Virus record (IMG/VR): IMGVR_UViG_3300017973_000002
Location: 1 to 56,042 of that record
DNA: 56,042 nt
Source: a virus
Strand: one strand, 5' to 3'
Under the pieces are notes generated by a model that was not told where the DNA came from, did no database searches, and saw nothing but the letters and a program-made list of their open reading frames with translations. Shown piece after piece: positions 52,299 to 56,042 of this stretch (its first letter is position 1; each line of letters starts with the position of its first letter). Both the position numbers and the translations under genes were made by a program.

Positions 52299-52712
52299 GT
52301 GGTGTGTGTGGAAAGTAAAATTTTGCGTTTAAAGAAGGAAACACCAAAGGTTGAAGTAGATATGAATAGTAAGGTTAGTTCAATAGTTAAGGCATTAGGC
52401 GAATTTGCTTTAAACTATGTGACTATCCAAAAAGGGAAAGACGGTGCTTATAGCTACATGTGGATACATGGCAAATTTGAACTTGCTAATTATCCATTTG
52501 AAATAGAAGTGCGCATTGGCCATCATTACGTTTGGTTAGAACATATCTTTATTGACCAAACAGAACGCCAAGATGAAGTTACAACAGATGTATTAGTATC
52601 AATTGGCTTACCAGATAATTTGGTTACTTTCGCATTTACAGAGCATTTAAAACACCATGCTGATTTAGTTGATTACTTCAAACTCTTTGTTCCAGTTGAG
52701 GATAGAGTATGA
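52299..52712 (+). CDS. Hypothetical early protein (up to 137 aa)
   Basis: Track ORF. Start ambiguous (GTG 52299/52302/52308 inside the GT tract, or ATG 52362). Confidence 0.65.
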   Translation: MVCVESKILRLKKETPKVEVDMNSKVSSIVKALGEFALNYVTIQKGKDGAYSYMWIHGKFELANYPFEIEVRIGHHYVWLEHIFIDQTERQDEVTTDVLVSIGLPDNLVTFAFTEHLKHHADLVDYFKLFVPVEDRV

Positions 52713-53026
52713 GTTACGCGGTAGGTAAAGATATTGCTAGTGAAACTTTAAAGGCGCTCGGTGGTACTGGGCGCTTGTCAGCAATGATTGGTGCAAAAGA
52801 TTTTGTCTATTCTAAAGATGGTGCTGTTCGTTTTCGTTTCAAGATGTGCAAGAACGTCAATATGGCTCTAGTTTCTTTAAATGGCCTTGACCTTTACGAT
52901 CTCAAATTTATGAGAGTAAATACTAGGAAGTTTACATGTGATGATGTGGACGTGTTTGAAAATATATATGTAGAAGATTTGAAACGAACTTTTGAAGCCT
53001 ATACTGGCCTTTATCTAACTTTATAA
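52709..53026 (+). CDS. Hypothetical early protein (105 aa)
   Basis: ATGA overlap with the upstream stop. Track ORF. Confidence 0.7.
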   Translation: MSYAVGKDIASETLKALGGTGRLSAMIGAKDFVYSKDGAVRFRFKMCKNVNMALVSLNGLDLYDLKFMRVNTRKFTCDDVDVFENIYVEDLKRTFEAYTGLYLTL

Positions 53027-53041
53027 AAAGGTGTGTGTGTG

Positions 53042-53212
53042 ATGACAATTAACCAAAAGATTGCGCAAATGGAAGCTGAAATTAAGTTATTTAACTGGTT
53101 GCTAGGAATTGCGATTTTGAAAGGCAGAACGGAACTCGTTATGAAGTATTCAAGTGCGGTAGGCGAACTTTACTTGATGAAATTAGAATTGGAGGAAACA
53201 TTCTATGCCTAA
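53042..53212 (+). CDS. Hypothetical early protein (56 aa)
   Basis: ATG 53042 behind AAAAGGTGTGTGTGTG. Below the track cutoff. Confidence 0.5.
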   Translation: MTINQKIAQMEAEIKLFNWLLGIAILKGRTELVMKYSSAVGELYLMKLELEETFYA

Positions 53213-53411
53213 AAAAATTAAAGTCCACGTTGAATGTCGTTTGTGTAATGAAGATATACCATTAAAGGTTCGTCAAAAGGATATAGATAAGTACATGAGT
53301 GGTGAAGGATTAATTCAAGATATATTCCCTTACTTAACTGCACCAGAACGTGAGTTAATAAAATCTGGTACTTGTGGCGATTGTTGGAAAGAAATGTTTG
53401 GTGTAAGTTGA
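53205..53411 (+). CDS. Zinc-ribbon early protein (68 aa)
   Basis: CRLCNE ... CGDCW. GGAGGAAA RBS. Confidence 0.7.
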   Translation: MPKKIKVHVECRLCNEDIPLKVRQKDIDKYMSGEGLIQDIFPYLTAPERELIKSGTCGDCWKEMFGVS

Positions 53412-53641
53412 TGGCTAAAACGAATGATTATTACGCTATGTGTTTATGTGATATTGAACGTATCGCTAAAAAATTAAGGTATTCAAGTGATGATAGAGAG
53501 CAATTACGAGTGTTGGTTGTTGATACGGAGTTTTATGAAACTTATCGTGAAGAAGTATCAAGTGATGGTTTTGACCCCGATTGGTTAGAGAATTACATGA
53601 TAGATAAAATTAAAAATTTCCCTTTTAAACAAACAGATTGA
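53411..53641 (+). CDS. Hypothetical early protein (76 aa)
   Basis: ATG 53411 overlaps the upstream TGA. The track ORF's 5' extension is discounted. Confidence 0.65.
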   Translation: MAKTNDYYAMCLCDIERIAKKLRYSSDDREQLRVLVVDTEFYETYREEVSSDGFDPDWLENYMIDKIKNFPFKQTD

Positions 53642-53652
53642 TAATGCTAATG

Positions 53653-53695
53653 CCTATCAGTAAAAACTGGTAGGTTTTTATGGATTATTGAATCC
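53653..53695 (+). promoter_or_regulatory. Intergenic module C: hairpin CCTATCAG-TAAAAA-CTGGTAGG (+TTTTT) plus palindrome GGATTATTGAATCC
   Basis: Hairpin 53653..53674. Palindrome 53682..53695. Confidence 0.6.
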
Positions 53696-53720
53696 AATAA
53701 ATTAAAAAGGTGTGTGTTAG

Positions 53721-53900
53721 ATGGCGAAAATAATTGAATTCAAAGGTGACGACCTTTCGTGCGATTGTGGAAACAAACCTTCCTTAGATGGTTTTTTCCC
53801 ATGTACGGCTACTGGGGAACTTTGCGAACCAGTTGGAACTTGGGAAGGTCATTACAAATGCGCTAGTTGTGGCCAAATTTACTTATGGGAGGGTCAATGA
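53721..53900 (+). CDS. Cys-rich zinc-ribbon early protein (59 aa)
   Basis: ATG 53721 behind AAAAAGGTGTGTGTT. CDCG...C...C...CASCG. Below the track cutoff. Confidence 0.55.
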   Translation: MAKIIEFKGDDLSCDCGNKPSLDGFFPCTATGELCEPVGTWEGHYKCASCGQIYLWEGQ

Positions 53901-54268
53901 TGGGTTTTAAAATCATTCGTGATTTTGTTAGTGAGAAAGATGAAGATACTTATGCTGTTGGCAGAGAATCTAAACCCCCTCGTCATTGGATACAAGGTTT
54001 TGTTGGTAAAGAACTAAACGATCCAGTTTACAGCTTCAACAATGGCGAGATTAAAGTCCGTTTATTGGACGATGATGGAGGTATACATTATCATGCACTG
54101 GTTGATGATGATGATGAATCATGTGAGTTATTACTACGTTGGGGCGAAGCAATGTCTGGTGCTGTTGTAATTGATATGCACATTGATAGCTACAAGGCAA
54201 TGTATGGCGAACCTAAGTATACAAAGCTATTAAGCAAGGACGGTAAGTGGTATTCACACATGAGTTAA
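53897..54268 (+). CDS. Hypothetical early protein (123 aa)
   Basis: ATG 53897 (GGGAGGG RBS, ATGA overlap). The track ORF's 5' extension is discounted. Confidence 0.7.
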   Translation: MMGFKIIRDFVSEKDEDTYAVGRESKPPRHWIQGFVGKELNDPVYSFNNGEIKVRLLDDDGGIHYHALVDDDDESCELLLRWGEAMSGAVVIDMHIDSYKAMYGEPKYTKLLSKDGKWYSHMS

Positions 54269-54289
54269 ATTAATAAGGCGGTGTGTTGT

Positions 54290-54496
54290 ATGGATAAGAA
54301 AGAATTAACGGAATTGTGTGAGGAAGTTTTCGAGTTATATGTGAAGTGTTCAAAAGATACTTATGTATTCGCTCAAGTATGCGGTGTTCTTACTGCAACT
54401 ATTAGTTCTGGTAAAACAGAAGTTAGCATTGAAGAATTGTTGAAAAGTTCCAAAGAATTTATGCTCGAAAAATCAAAAATATATGGGGTGAAATAA
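54290..54496 (+). CDS. Hypothetical early protein (68 aa)
   Basis: ATG 54290 behind AAGGCGGTGTGTTGT. Confidence 0.65.
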   Translation: MDKKELTELCEEVFELYVKCSKDTYVFAQVCGVLTATISSGKTEVSIEELLKSSKEFMLEKSKIYGVK

Positions 54497-54954
54497 TGTC
54501 ATATTTCAATAAAAGTTCAAAACCGATTAGTTTACAAGATGCGCATAATGAATTCAGCAAAATGAAAAGTGCTATTCGTAACGCACTGTATGTACTAGGT
54601 GACGATTGCGACAACCTTCGTACAGATCGTGAGGACTTAGACCAAGAGTTTTTCAGAACTCAATACCGTTCTTTGGTAGATAAAGCAGATGATATTTACC
54701 GTCGTTTAGAATACTTATCAAAGCCAATCAAAGAACAAGGCTATATTAAACATAATTCTGGAAAACGTTACGAGTTGCCTAGTGGCACTTACTTTACGAG
54801 TGGTGATACTTGCGAGATTCTATACAACGACCCTAGATACGATGAACAATACTGGGTTTATACATCTATCGAACATAATGGTGAGGATTATTACGCAACA
54901 TCACTTGGTAAGGACGTTTCAATCAAAGGTATGATGGTTCGAGTTAGGGGGTAG
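54496..54954 (+). CDS. Hypothetical early protein (152 aa)
   Basis: Track ORF. ATG overlaps the upstream TAA. Confidence 0.7.
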   Translation: MSYFNKSSKPISLQDAHNEFSKMKSAIRNALYVLGDDCDNLRTDREDLDQEFFRTQYRSLVDKADDIYRRLEYLSKPIKEQGYIKHNSGKRYELPSGTYFTSGDTCEILYNDPRYDEQYWVYTSIEHNGEDYYATSLGKDVSIKGMMVRVRG

Positions 54955-54958
54955 TTTT

Positions 54959-55204
54959 ATGGAGAGTTTACTCATTAAACCAGATATAACAAAAAAATAT
55001 TTTACAGTATATGAAGCACTTGAAGATTTAGGGTTTAAGAAAATTGCACCGCATGATTTACCAAATTGGACTTTTGATTTTATTCCAGATGATTACGAAA
55101 ACAGAGTGGTTGAAAAAGATGATAAATATTTTATTTTTGTAAGTATGGATCATTTTAACTCTAAAATTTACGGAATACAATTGAACCCAATTAAAGGAGA
55201 GTAA
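54959..55204 (+). CDS. Hypothetical early protein (81 aa)
   Basis: Track ORF. AGGGGG RBS. Confidence 0.7.
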   Translation: MESLLIKPDITKKYFTVYEALEDLGFKKIAPHDLPNWTFDFIPDDYENRVVEKDDKYFIFVSMDHFNSKIYGIQLNPIKGE

Positions 55205-55205
55205 A

Positions 55206-55556
55206 ATGAACTCACAAGAAGTAATGAACGCACCCTTTGACGTAGCAACACATAAAAAAACATTTATAAATTATCTGGAAATTGTTATCTTGGAAGATGG
55301 GACAGTCGAGTATGCTGTTCCTTCTCACCAAGAGAAATTGATTGCGCTTTCGTGCAAAAAGCTAAATGTGACTAGAGATGAATTGAATGATTTATGCCCA
55401 CCAGAATACTATTTTGATTTTATGAACTGGTTGTGCATGATCTCTAAAGCTGTTGCCTTGTGGAATGAGTATATGATTGGAGAACCAAACGCACAGCAAC
55501 TACAAACTATTCAGCAATTAGTTGAAGAAAAATTATATCGTGGAGTGGTTGGTTGA
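55206..55556 (+). CDS. Hypothetical early protein (116 aa)
   Basis: Track ORF. AAAGGAGAG RBS. Confidence 0.7.
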   Translation: MNSQEVMNAPFDVATHKKTFINYLEIVILEDGTVEYAVPSHQEKLIALSCKKLNVTRDELNDLCPPEYYFDFMNWLCMISKAVALWNEYMIGEPNAQQLQTIQQLVEEKLYRGVVG

Positions 55557-55560
55557 AATA

Positions 55561-55806
55561 ATGACAACAAAAGAAGCTACAAAACAATTTGAACCACATG
55601 AAAAACTGGCGCTGAATAGCGCCTTGTATTTTTACATTATGAATCTGAAAAAGTTACTCAATATTAGCCAAGAGATAAACAATACAGAATCAGTGGTTTA
55701 CTACAAAGAAGAATTAGAAATCACATACGCTTTGTATAAAAAGGTAATGGGTTTTGAATATTCTCATAAAGGTGATTGTCAAAGGGGAATAGACACAAAT
55801 GAATAG
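55561..55806 (+). CDS. Hypothetical early protein (81 aa)
   Basis: ATG 55561 chosen over the overlapping upstream start of the track ORF. Confidence 0.6.
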   Translation: MTTKEATKQFEPHEKLALNSALYFYIMNLKKLLNISQEINNTESVVYYKEELEITYALYKKVMGFEYSHKGDCQRGIDTNE

Positions 55807-56042
55807 GGCAGAACGTAGAAGACAAGAAAAAGGCCATCAAATAGTTGGGTGGACAAAACACCCTTCTCCTAAAGAATTAAAAAGAGGTGATGGTTGGTTC
55901 GGTGAACTAGACAGAGTTTATAGAAGAAATGATAATTCAGTTGTTTGTATGATGCGTGATTTACAAACTGAATGGGGTAAGGTTACTCACGTTACAATAA
56001 CTGCACAACAACAGCCGAACTGGTCAGAAAAACAAATGTTCA
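55799..56042 (+). CDS. 5' part of the wrap-around early CDS (continues as 1..254)
   Basis: ATG 55799 (MNRAERRRQEKGHQ...). Open to the window end, and in frame with 30..254 through the 123-bp duplication. Confidence 0.7.
   Translation, partial: MNRAERRRQEKGHQIVGWTKHPSPKELKRGDGWFGELDRVYRRNDNSVVCMMRDLQTEWGKVTHVTITAQQQPNWSEKQMF
55920..56042. repeat. Terminal duplication, right copy (identical to 1..123)
   Basis: Same comparison. The repeat lies inside an ORF that reads through the junction in frame. Confidence 0.95.

Noticed and set aside
51822-53695. GGATT...AATCC palindromes as sigma-A promoters for internal early transcripts
   Set aside because: There is no consistent -35 at 16-18 nt, because the hairpin-to-palindrome distance varies from 3 to 8 nt. 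Only ~12 nt separate the palindrome from the SD.

Overview
The window is one complete, circularly closed replicon. Bases 1..123 are repeated exactly at 55920..56042, giving a unit length of 55,919 bp. It is an AT-rich Firmicutes/Bacillaceae-type temperate phage, judged from sigma-A-type promoters, strong GGAGG-like RBSs and a full-length AbrB homologue.

I see no integrase, recombinase or protelomerase. An actin-like ParM-type cassette (14.0-16.3 kb, + strand) suggests an extrachromosomal plasmid prophage.

Layout:
- (i) A rightward early operon of about 25 very small genes runs 51.5 kb -> junction -> 1.5 kb. It starts at a consensus promoter carrying a palindromic operator.
- (ii) A leftward early/middle operon runs 13.8 -> 2.0 kb. 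It encodes an RHH protein, YqaJ exonuclease, ERF, SSB, a ParB-like protein, HNH, an AbrB-fold protein, a DnaD-like organizer, a DnaC-like loader, dUTPase, DUF1064, a phage sigma factor and an ArpU/RinA-like regulator.
- (iii) A 34-kb leftward late block runs 51.35 -> 17.07 kb. It encodes TerS, TerL, portal, scaffold, major capsid, adaptor/tail proteins, a fibre, Q/P/M-rich internal proteins, an SLT lysin, one 4,922-aa ORF, a holin and an amidase.
- (iv) Stand-alone promoter/terminator-bounded morons: an abrB homologue and an acidic 244-aa protein.

Most notable observations:
- (a) The 14.8-kb ORF sits where podoviruses carry ejection proteins. It fuses an N6-adenine methyltransferase, an SNF2/DEAH helicase, an HExxH metallopeptidase and a C-terminal hydrophobic module. 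This is a DarB-like 'polyvalent' protein.
- (b) An orphan promoter-terminator cassette next to the par genes has a predicted ~85-nt RNA that begins with CACACACACC. That is the exact antisense of an odd GGTGTGTGTG SD-spacer element preceding six early cistrons. I read this as a candidate sRNA-based immunity or translation-control circuit.

All functional calls come from motif reading of the supplied translations. No database search was possible.
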